64,000 nt of DNA, taken from positions 248,001 to 312,000 of the forward strand of contig JAKMXF010000011.1 of NCBI GenBank assembly GCA_024704765.1. Direction: 5' to 3'. The notes beneath the pieces are model-generated. The model was given only the letters and a program-made list of their open reading frames with translations. It ran no database searches and was not told the DNA's origin. The translations under genes and the position numbers were made by a program. The stretch comes from Oopsacas minuta. Lineage: Eukaryota > Animalia > Porifera. This document shows, piece after piece, positions 39,691-50,200 of the stretch. Position 1 is the first letter of the stretch. Each line of letters begins with the position of its first letter.

Positions 39691-41908
39691 AAGAGAAAAA
39701 CAACGGAGACTTACCCCTATGTTAAGTTTCAGGGGTTATTTGTTAAGGCGACAAAATTATGATGTTTATTAAAAGAAAAGAATTAAGGTATGAGGCAAGT
39801 AAATGTTTTAAGGTATGTAAAGGCTAATATCATAAGGTATTAATTCAGGAATGGCAGAAATGAGTTAACAGGATCAAATTAAAGTTAACAGCACATCTTT
39901 CCTTCCTCCAAAACCTATTAACCTTCTAAAATTATTGTTCTTCTACGCTGTTAACAGCAAATTAGTAGCTGTTATGGGTTGGAAACTACATTTAATTAAC
40001 TGAAGGATAGTTGGAGCTAAAAGAAAAAATTTTAAGAAATTAACCTTAAATATATAAATATTTGTGAGATAAGGAATACTTAATTCCGTAAGAGGATTAT
40101 TATTTGATAAATTGCTGCAAAGGTTTGTAGATATTTCAGGAGTTGCAGGTAAACTACAAGTTGAGAATAGAAGTACCCGTAGATACCACGCAATGGAGAA
40201 TAGATTGGTCGAGGCTCACAATAAGATCTTCAAATGTTATTGTTCCTATTAAAACAATGATTCCTTTAATAATGTTGATGAAATATGGCTTCCATTAATT
40301 TTAGAACACTTGGATCTATCTCAGTTAAGTTAGTAGTGAGGTTCGTTGGAGGACTATGACGAGGCAATATCAGTTTAGAAATTAATATGCAAGTAAAATT
40401 AAACGACACCACCGAAAGATAACAGCAGAAATCGAATATCATCACAAACATTCACATCGAATTATGGGTGCGAATATTTGACAAACAGTTCAAATCACAG
40501 TAAAACGTAATTCTGCCTTCGGGAATCCGAAAACGGCCAGTTTAACTTTAACCATTAAGTAGAAAAGTACTACTTCAATTACATAATATCATACTAACAG
40601 AGTTCACAGGCTGTATTTTTCATAATAAACAGGAAATTGATAAGACAGATGCACACTGGTTAAAATTGGTCACAACTACTTAAATCGCTTGTACAAATCC
40701 GAGTTATCTTGCAGCGGCTGATAACTCATTTATATTACGTAAAGCTAACCGTACTTCAGTACGATTAGCTTTAAGTAACATTGCGAAAAAAGTGCTCAAG
40801 AATCCTGCTAAAGTTGGTCAATGATTTCCATCATACTGAAGCAATAATTATCCTAAAGTACTAAGATTTAGTATCAAGTAAGACATTGAAACAAATTCTC
40901 TGGTTTTCTAAAAAAAAGTAACACAAATTTCAGGATATCTTGACAGATGCAGGTAGGGTGGCGCTATATGGGTCTTGGGGGATAGCTATATTTCTATACA
41001 CCCTAAATAATGCTCTTGGACCCCTCAGCGAGATTGTATCAATAGACATCGGCCATTTCGTGATATATACATATATAATACTAATAGGGATACCTCAGAG
41101 ATACGACATCATATGGAAATAATTTTGTGCCGCATCTAACCTCTGAGTCCTTATACACGCTTAATATACAATTTTGGGCCGAAAATATCAGGATGCTAAC
41201 AATAATAAGTATTATCATAGTGATTAACACCGATTCACCCAGGAGCAAGTTTTGGCCAAGAAATTGTTTGTGTCTATCTATAAGCTATAATTCTATATGG
41301 ACCTAAGGATTAAATTGATAAAATTAAAGATATTGTGGCCAGAGATGTATTCCTAAGCATAAAAGTAAGGGAATGCTCCATAACAGCCCCTTCACTACAT
41401 TTGCGCCTCTTATGTGGTAAAATAGACGCCTTTTGAAGTAGTTTTCGATTGGTCAGGTTGACTTATACAAATAATATGGAGCTACTGTAGTTGGCGGGGC
41501 TGACTAAGACAATTTGAATTAGCAAACCAATGTTGGTCCGGTTGAAACTTGACCAATCGGACACTCTCCAACGGCCATGTCCTAGATTCCCAGACTTTCT
41601 ATATTAACATCTTATGAAATACAGGCTATTTACACTAAATGTGGAAAATTCAAAGTAAAACGTGGGTGCCACCATATTTAGTACTTATTAGCTGAAAATC
41701 GAAGGAACATAAGCATTCCACATGTAAATTATACTTACACAACAATTGGATAATACGAAATATATTACTTGGTAATAAAATATTGACTACATTGTCTAAC
41801 TAATTTCTAAACTGAAAATATAGTTAGCCAAAACGGCAAAGTGAATGGGTGTTACGAGAATATTTGAGTAATAAATCTTGATTTACTAATTTTACGAAAT
41901 CAAGATTT

Positions 41909-41944
41909 CACAGTGTGGCAAAATGGCCATAATGGGGAAATAGG
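41909..41944 (+). repeat. 3' TIR (long-spacer end): CACAGTG + 16 bp + ATGGGGAAATAGG
   Basis: Read directly: heptamer 41909-41915, spacer TGGCAAAATGGCCATA, distal box 41932-41944. Confidence 0.93.
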
Positions 41945-42227
41945 TAAATGAATCTGTATTATCGCCACAATTATACTTACATATACTAAATCGACACTGT
42001 AGATTTCAAAAATACCAATGATTATTTAGTAGCACGACTATAAACCTAGTTATGACGTAATTACTGACATTTTCTAATTTTTAGCACTTGTAGTTTCATT
42101 AGTGAGGATATTATGAAAGTTGATAATACATGCATGTCATGGTCTCTATTCTGCTATTTGATAACGTACAATTTAAAGACCCTTAATTATGTATGACTAT
42201 TGGATACACTTATTATCATAAATCATC

Positions 42228-44357
42228 TCATAGTATACTATTATATAATATTTCTTGGAGGCTATTTGCAACGTCTCTTTTCTTCTTTGCGTGCATCAAA
42301 CGATTCTGTACTAAGATGGGGTCACTACAACATAACAACCTGACTAAAATATCTCTAACATTATCAGTGAAAGAAGTTTTTCTTGCAAGATTCTCCCGAT
42401 ACCGCCTTACAAATTTATTGCAGGATTCTAAACATTCCTTAGAGAGATTCTGTAATCCCTTACCATTATTATAAGCACCTATTAACTGAAACGAATGGGC
42501 AAGTAACTTGTGCAAAGATGGAGTGATGCTTGCCCATGGGTACTCAATTAGAATAAATTCGTACGTTTCTTTGCACAATTCTTGCATTTTGTCACAGTTA
42601 ATCAAGTCACCACTGTTGAGGAGTCTTAACAAAACAGATAGATTTGTCTGGATCTTCTCTAATGATATTTTATCTGAAGGATTAATGGAAGAAGTGGCCC
42701 ACGTCAAAAAGTCTCTCTTATTTAAAAAGCAGTCTCGCGCAATGTTACCAGTGGTTGAAGTGCCGCCCTGGCTTGAAGGGATATCGACACTGAAATTACA
42801 TCTTTCCTGGAGTATAGCTCGAACCCGTTTCATGGAAAAATTTACTTTCGAGTTTGATGGCGCCCATACCTTGTGTCCTGCATCAAGATGGTATATCAAC
42901 AGCATGAACCACCTGAATACACAAAGGTAAGCATGCAAAGGAGATGCAGCTATAATATCGATGTTAGAAGTTGGTTGATGCGTAATACCAACACGTTGAT
43001 TTGATGGGAGTTTCAAGTAATCTTCTTCATCAACCTCTTCAAAAAGTTGCCGAGCGTCGCTAATTAGTCTGTTAATAGGGAAACCAGAATGGGCCCATTC
43101 TAAACTTTTAATTTGGCTATCCGTTGCAGTACACAGATGACAAGAAGCCCCACCAGCTCCATCCAGCAATCCTGCCATCTTGGTATCAAAAAGGGAACGG
43201 ACTATCTCGACCTGTGCATGGCCTCCAATAAGAGATAACCCATCCTGTATGATATGGTCTGTTTGAGGATTGACTATTGTATTCATGATAAGCTTTACAC
43301 TAGAATAATCTTCTTTCAGAGCTATCAGTGCTACTGGCCTAAAGCAGAACGGAGAGTTGGGTGAGCTGTTATAGAACACGTCATTTCCAAGTGTGTCTGT
43401 AATTGATATTACTTTGAATCCGAACAAAATGAAAGTTTTTGTGCTTAATGCAGAATTGTTGCTTTGTTGGTTATAGGTTTGATGACAACCGGAGCCATCC
43501 AATCCATCAGATATCTTAATTTTGAGTGGGTAGTGTGAATCAGGAACTAGGTCTAATGTTGAAAGCAAGCGTTGAATGGTCAGACTAAGGATGGAATGAT
43601 AAGAGACGCAAGTCCCAATTGACAATGCTTCGGGGTCTCTGACTATTTCCATTTCATTTATTAGGCTTATTTCCCTACGATATTGCGAGACAAGTTTATA
43701 GGAAGGAAGCTTAACATCACCTTTGAGAATTCTTTTCAGATTCGTGTATTTACTCGCCCCAATTTCTAATCTGTCCAATATATAAGCACATTTAGAGATT
43801 TGTACTTTGTTCAATACACCGCTAAAAGATCCCTTATCAATTATTTCTCTGCACATGTCTGAAGTATCACGGTCATAGGATTTATTTGAGACTAATTCTA
43901 AAGCTAGAGCGAGTAGTTGTTTAGGCTCAATCTTTTCTCTCTCTGCTAAAAAGTCCACATGCTCTAAAAGAACACCAAGTCTCGATCTGGAAGTCTTCAT
44001 GTGACATTCGAGAATATGCTTCCGGGATTCAGTTACAATCTGTTCTGAAAAGTTTCGATTTTCAGAATCAGTGACTAAAGAAAATTCAGGATCAAGCGAT
44101 ATTCTCTTTCTTGGATTGGATATTGTTAGATGAGTAGGGTGGAAAATCATATTATCCCATGTTTCAAGATCCTTCCTGCGGTAAGCCTCTCTGGATGTTA
44201 GAAGTGATTTAAATTTTAAATGAAGAGTAGCAGTTTCTTCTTCGGATAAATGGTTGTTCTCAATAAGTTTCCTAACAGAGACTGTAACACTTCTTCCATT
44301 CGAAATATACAAACTATATGCCTCATTGTTGGTGATTAGTACAGACATGATCCGCAA
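42228..44357 (-). CDS. RAG1-core-like/Transib DDE transposase, 709 aa, uninterrupted
   Basis: Motifs with RAG1 counterparts: GLDGS D287 (D600 motif), PNSPFCFRPVAL (PNSELCCKPLCL), SLFDTK D391 (D708), CHLC 406-409, PLH, TTGNIAR (NGNFAR), LHKLLAH 615-621 (FHKTLAH), ECLESCNKFVRRYRENLARK with E644 ([20 protein letters not shown]). Confidence 0.95.
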   Translation of the reverse strand: MRIMSVLITNNEAYSLYISNGRSVTVSVRKLIENNHLSEEETATLHLKFKSLLTSREAYRRKDLETWDNMIFHPTHLTISNPRKRISLDPEFSLVTDSENRNFSEQIVTESRKHILECHMKTSRSRLGVLLEHVDFLAEREKIEPKQLLALALELVSNKSYDRDTSDMCREIIDKGSFSGVLNKVQISKCAYILDRLEIGASKYTNLKRILKGDVKLPSYKLVSQYRREISLINEMEIVRDPEALSIGTCVSYHSILSLTIQRLLSTLDLVPDSHYPLKIKISDGLDGSGCHQTYNQQSNNSALSTKTFILFGFKVISITDTLGNDVFYNSSPNSPFCFRPVALIALKEDYSSVKLIMNTIVNPQTDHIIQDGLSLIGGHAQVEIVRSLFDTKMAGLLDGAGGASCHLCTATDSQIKSLEWAHSGFPINRLISDARQLFEEVDEEDYLKLPSNQRVGITHQPTSNIDIIAASPLHAYLCVFRWFMLLIYHLDAGHKVWAPSNSKVNFSMKRVRAILQERCNFSVDIPSSQGGTSTTGNIARDCFLNKRDFLTWATSSINPSDKISLEKIQTNLSVLLRLLNSGDLINCDKMQELCKETYEFILIEYPWASITPSLHKLLAHSFQLIGAYNNGKGLQNLSKECLESCNKFVRRYRENLARKTSFTDNVRDILVRLLCCSDPILVQNRLMHAKKKRDVANSLQEILYNSIL

Positions 44358-44994
44358 AAGGGCTACTTTAACATAGAAACATTATGATATATGATTGTAG
44401 AGTATTGGAATAACTAATAACCAGCAAAATATAGAATTTTACTGAAAAAATTTAAAACGTATGAAAAATATATTTTTCGGATTTTTGTCCGGTCCGGACA
44501 ATGAATGACGTGATAAATTTTTGGGCAGCTTTTGGCAAGCCTGGAAAGTGATTAAATAGTTGACTAAATATAGTAACATTACTTATATATTAATAACGTT
44601 TTGTCAAATTTTGTCAAACAAGAGATGCTACACTTCAATCAATGAGAAAAAATTCCAAATTATAAGTTTGGGAGGGCCAAACTAGACACCCGGAAAAAAG
44701 TACAAATGAATATCTAGACTAACCTATCAATGATTAAATTGTTGTTACAATATAGATTTATTATCAGAAGATGTTTTTCACTCTTATATTTAATATTTAC
44801 ATCAAATATGATTACATACATTAGGGCATAGGAATTTGAGGTTTGAAAATATATATTTCTATTATTAGAAACACATAACAAAGTTGTGCGTAGTTAGGAT
44901 TCCTAACTGCTTCTAATGCTGCCAATGATATTTTCGTACTAATTGAACTATGGAGAATTCGAAAAATGCATTGAAATATGTTTTTTAAAATATG

Positions 44995-45021
44995 CCTATT
45001 TCCCCATATTGCCACACTGTG
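44995..45021 (-). repeat. 5' TIR (short-spacer end): CACAGTG + 7 bp + ATGGGGAAATAGG
   Basis: Read directly: heptamer 45015-45021, spacer TGGCAAT, distal box 44995-45007. Confidence 0.93.
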
Positions 45022-46309
45022 GATTTCTTCCTCGAATACTCTCACAACACCAATGCATATTCCAGTTCAACATATAAAGATTTCTTTCTCGTTTAATATC
45101 ACAACACCCAGCGTTAGCAGATGAGTTCATAAAATACATAACTCATCCTGAAAGTGTACAGCAATATAATCACTTATTGACTCGGTATATTCTAAACAGA
45201 TTGCATTTATATGTTTTAAATTGACAGACTAGAATTGTTATGAAATAATTGACTGGATTTGTTCTAAACTGATTGACTCGAATTAATCTAAATTTAGATG
45301 ATCTTCGTCTAGTAACTAGAGGAAGAAAAATGTATCTTCTTTGCAGTCTATTATCAGCTAGTTATACACTCTCTAGATAATTACTGTAAGTAAATTGTGA
45401 AACAATGACAATAATGACAAAATTCGTGCGGTAGACAAATCAGATGCGGGCGGTAGAGCTGAAATATGTTTCAAATTAACAGTGGCCTAATCTATTGGAA
45501 ACATCTTGCCTTGTGTAGACAAAAGATTCAAGTACCAGATACGCGATACTCATATACAGACCTACTCAATTTGAATTTCCGTGATTCACCATCAAAATTT
45601 TATCTGCAAAACATTCAGAATAATGATAGTTCAAATGTGATGGTAGTAGTGGCCATGGTCATCAAGGTTCCTACGCCACTGTGCTTACATCCGCCGAATA
45701 ATTTTCTATTTGCTTGCATTGAGTTACATAAAAGAAAATTACACTTCCAGTATTTGTGAATAGAACCTACTCAAGGTAAAGAAATCCAGGGAATAACTTT
45801 AGACTACTAAAATTAAAATTTGATATGGTTAATTCCATGCTAATAATCACGTTTCGAGGAATATTTGGTACTGCATTTAATTGACCAGTAACAAATTGAT
45901 ACTGTACTAATTTGAGTATCACGGTCGGGGCTTTGTGTCCTTCATGGCTGCTGAACTGGCACATTAGGTACCAAGCAAATACCCAGACCAGTGGTTCCTA
46001 ACCTTGTCCACCCGCGGACTCCCTCACATATTAAATTAGTTTCCTGTTGAACATACCTGCATTTGGACAGCATGAATACATGCCACCACAAATGATTCGT
46101 TACAGGACAGAGTTAAACGCAGAGTTGCATGCGGGCCGGAATTTCGCAACCGCGGCCCGCTATTTGAATAAATCCAGCCCCCAGCCCGCAAGAGGACCGC
46201 GAATATCTAGAACATTTGTTTCGCCATACAAATCTTAGTGGACCATAGAGAAAACGTATTAAGAAAGACTATGGGTATTTTAATAAACTAATGAAAGAAT
46301 TTTAACAGA

Positions 46310-48830
46310 ATCCAGCACGATGGGTTGAATCAATAAATTCTAATGCAGACATATATGTCGGCGAAAGCAGAGCTCCCCTGGCGGTTATTATAAGTCCGGT
46401 ATGCGAAAAGTCTCGTTCTGATTGACCAGAACTGGCCGGACAACAGATGACTTGGCGAACTAGTTTCCCCAAGATGGAGAGACGCGATCATCTATCAATT
46501 ATCCGAGACAGAGATAGACGAACCACTAAAGAAGAAAACCAAATCTTTGTTTGCATCCATGCGAGACAACTACCAACCGCCTAAGCATACCCAGGATGCA
46601 ACACTTACCTTAAAGGAGGAGTGTAAAATCTATCTAGCTGGTGAGGCTACAGTTGACTACGATGATGATGATCCTCTAACATATTGGGGGAAATTATTCC
46701 TGTACCGCTTCGTTGTTGGTCTGTTGCAGACCGTACAGTGTAGCCAACCATTCTGGGATGTCTTTTAGCAGATCTCTTTTGAACTTCTTGTCCGCTGAAG
46801 TGGAGTTAGGTAAGAAACTGAATTACATAAACCCAGGGTCAAGAAAGGTGGCGATCTAATGATATTGGGTTATCGAAGTGTAAAACTTCTTTTGCATAAG
46901 TAGAATAAAGTGGTCTTTAAGAGCTGCTATTTCAATAATGTCCTGCTCGTCGATGGCTCTCATGGCATACAGCTTATAATATGAAGGGATGATAATATTA
47001 ATTGTCGAATGTCTGCTGTACTGCAGGTTCTCAAAAACATCACTGAACAACTCTGCCAAATCCCTTACTTCGTCATTCAGGCACTTGTCGACAGCAGCTA
47101 GAATTGACAGTCGCCCTCACTCTGTCAGCTTATCTGAAAGTTAATGTAGTTTTTGTCAATGCTGTGTGAACGGCGGAAGATGGATGTCCACGGACGTGTA
47201 TTTCCCTCATGTTTGATTGATACAGGCAAAGTTTCTGAATACCTGTAGCCTGTTCATGTATTTACAGAGAATACATGCAACTTCTTCATATTGTTTAAAC
47301 TTTGGGCACTGATTCTGGGTTCCTATATATGCATCCAGGGGCATAGATCCGTGATTTTTCTGGGGGATGGAGAATTTAAAACTAGCACTTTTCTACATAT
47401 GACAAATATGAATATGCCATAATTGTAGTCATTAAACTTCCTAACTCGACAAAAAGATAGACAATAATAAAAACAGCTAAGAACATAGATCATAGTATAC
47501 ATAATATACTTTATACTTGGTAGTGTGAAAAGAACCAATTGATTTAATATATCTAGATTACAGTATAAATTATTCGAAGGGACTCTACGAGTGCGAATTA
47601 TTAATAAGCACGATAGAGATTTTTACAAGTATACATTTAACCGGATTATAACAAGAGTGTTTGATTTCAATCAAAATCCGAGTTTTATCAAAATATCTTA
47701 TTAAAATTTAATATTTTGACGTTTGTATTATTTTCTCAAGCTGATTATGTCCATTCTGATATCATTATGTATACCTATCGAAAATCTATTCATTTGTACA
47801 GTCAGGATCGCTTAGTGTGAACCCCTTCATAATGACTTGGCTTATTACAAATCTTATGTAAGCCGAAGAATTGGAACCTGAGGAGGTTGTTCATAATGAA
47901 CAAATGTTCATATTAAGCCGGATGGTTCAGTGAGCTGTCATACAAAATCCGATTAAAATAAAAAAAAAAAAAGATTAAATTCAAAAAATCCGATTTCTTT
48001 GATATTATTAAAAAATCATGGTTTTTATTAACCCTGATTTTACAACATATATTTCAATGAGTAGATAGGGAATGACATCTCAGATTAATATCTTTGAAAA
48101 CATACTCGAGAACAGTGAAATTTGAATATAACAAGAGGATAATCTGCTGAAACTCAAAAGATTTGAGAGCAAAAATAATGTATACATATCTCAAAAGTTA
48201 AAATGTAGGGGGGATGATTACATAGAGCGTCCCCCTAAGCTCATAAGTGGGGGGATATATCCCCCCATCCCTCCGGGATCTACGTCCCTGTTTGCATCAT
48301 TGAAGACAGTGTGCAGACGATGACAAGCGCATTCAATTCTGGGGGCATCACGTAGACCAGCGACCATGTTAGACCCTTTCTCCGCTACAACAGGCGCGGA
48401 AACGCTGATCAGGCTATATTCTTCAACAATGCGGCTGTAGTGTTCCAAGATATTGTCACCAGTGTGGGAGCCAGTTCCGAAGTGGTCAAGTGCCAATAGA
48501 CTGTGCTCAATTTGAAATCATCCGTGATCCAGAATGTGTGTACGTCCAAGTAGCTCAATTTTCGGTAGTTATCTGTCCAGTTAGTGGTAAACGCAGCTGC
48601 GAGGCAGATATCGGCTCAACCAGCGCATCTTTCAGCTTGTTCTGTAGTGTAGTGGCTTTCGACAAGCAATGGTGCTGTACAACATTTCGTCCAAAAGGTG
48701 TACCTTCGGTGATAGATACCTCAAAACAGCCTCTCTTCGCTCCCAAATCAACAAATGTTTGTGTAAATTTGCGAAAATCCTCAGACTCTAGAAGTGAAAG
48801 CTTTGGTAACCCAATGTACATATCGCCAAC
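46310..48830 (-). pseudogene. hAT (Ac/hobo-like) transposase remnant, interrupted by a MITE (47336-48290) and an internal inversion (~46490-46692)
   Basis: Motifs HTGDNI, EKGSNMV, IECACHRLH, EGNTRPW, ATFLDPGF and the dimerisation motif LGKLVRQVICCPASSGQSERDFS. A hAT-like terminus CAGTGGTTCCTAACC lies at 45989, but no matching TSD was found. Confidence 0.85.
47336..48290. mobile_element. Non-autonomous hAT-type element (955 bp) nested in the hAT transposase
   Basis: TIRs CAGGGGCATAGATCC / CAGGGACGTAGATCC; TSD TATGCATC / TTTGCATC (7 of 8). The host reading frame resumes across it. Confidence 0.85.
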
Positions 48831-49779
48831 TGGGATTCCTTGATTGAACCTGCCTCTTCTTTAGTTTGCTTGAGCTGACAATAGGTTGAAACAAATTACA
48901 CTTGTGGCTTTATAATACCACCACTGTGATACTGGTAAATCCAAATTTAGATAGTCTTCAGAGCAAGTTCACTTTTTAATGTTGATTTTCCAGCAATCTT
49001 AACAGTGGTTTTTGAAAGCTGGAATTAGTAAAAATTAAGAAGTTAAAAATGAAAAATATTAAGGTATATATGTAAACATAATTTGTCAATTTGGAGTATT
49101 TATAGACTTAACATGTGGAATATCCATGGAGAGTCAGTATGGAAATGATTCCTAATGTTTCTTATTGTTTACATTAAATCTAGCCACCTCAATTTCTGAT
49201 GGTATAATGCCAGTATTGTCATCAAATACAATATAAAGGCCATGGATACGTATTTACAACCATTGTGCATGCGAAAAGCACTTTGCACATAGCATTGTAC
49301 ACAGCTATGCACATGCAATATACGCACAATGTATTCTAAAATCAGCAAAAATTCATAATTTAAACAATTTTTGGCATTAATCAGCAAATTTTAATAATGT
49401 TGTATAAATTAGCTGAACCTTCGCGACCCCCAGGTGGAAAATGCTTGTTGTAGGGTCTCACGGTACACATTCAGTTTGAGTGTGTAAATCACATCAAAAT
49501 GTAAAGCTCATGGTTGCAGCCTTACCCTTGGAGGATAGTTTAACTCATCATGATCTAATAGCCCAACCAGTTTGTTATACGGATTCAAAATGGGTATGGT
49601 TCACCAATGTGCTAGGTGTCCAGGGACCTTTGGTTTACAAACATACTTGAGAGTAAGCTCAGAGTTACAATCCTTGATAATGGTGAAAATATAGCCTTTC
49701 AAACAGTAAATTTCTACCGATCGTACGACTTTGGAAGAATCTATCAAATATCTATCATAATGTTTGGAAGTTTGACTCA

Positions 49780-50200
49780 GGAATCAGATAGGTTAACAAC
49801 ACATTAATTTATCTCTAAGAATCAATCTGCATACATAAAAATCTTAAAGATATTCTAAAACCTAATGAAGCGATTATTATAGTGGATTTTGTAGAAAATT
49901 GTAGTTTAATAATTCTAGAGCTGTGCAAGGATTGCATTGGAATAACTCTGAGGCAACAATACATCATTTTGCAATTTATTAGCAAGGAGACGATTGTCAA
50001 CTATGTAATACAAGTTTCTGCGTCATTAGTGATTGCTAAAACATGTGCAAATCTAGTACATCATCAAGATGATTTCGGTTTAGCAGCAGGATGGCATTTC
50101 TTGCAACCTCTCATTGGAAAACGCGAGCGATGGCATGGTAGCACTGTAAAGAGAGGAGCTGCAAATGCAAGCTAAGAGCTAACGTCTGGCCATATTAACT
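49780..50200 (+). pseudogene. Highly decayed DDE-type transposase fragment (family not assigned)
   Basis: Frameshifted motifs EAIIIVDFVENCS, AVQGLHWNNSEATIH, NLVHHQDDFGLAAGWHF.ATSH and G.TVKR match an invertebrate transposase type I recognise but cannot name reliably. Confidence 0.5.

Larger units (their letters stand above)
41909..45021 (-). mobile_element. Complete RAG1-like (Transib-lineage) transposon, 3113 bp
   Basis: Both ends start CACAGTGTGGCAA. Perfect 5-bp TSD GATTT (41904-41908, 45022-45026). Contains a single 709-aa transposase ORF. Confidence 0.96.

Noticed and set aside
44358-45007. Possible RAG2-like gene inside the RAG1-like element
   Set aside because: Only about 650 bp is available, holding one 74-aa low-information ORF (44821-45045) that crosses the element boundary and has no kelch or PHD pattern.
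45989-49449. Full boundaries of an autonomous hAT element
   Set aside because: The candidate ends match poorly and the flanks (ACCCAGAC / TTGTAGGG) are not a TSD, so only the transposase remnant is reported.
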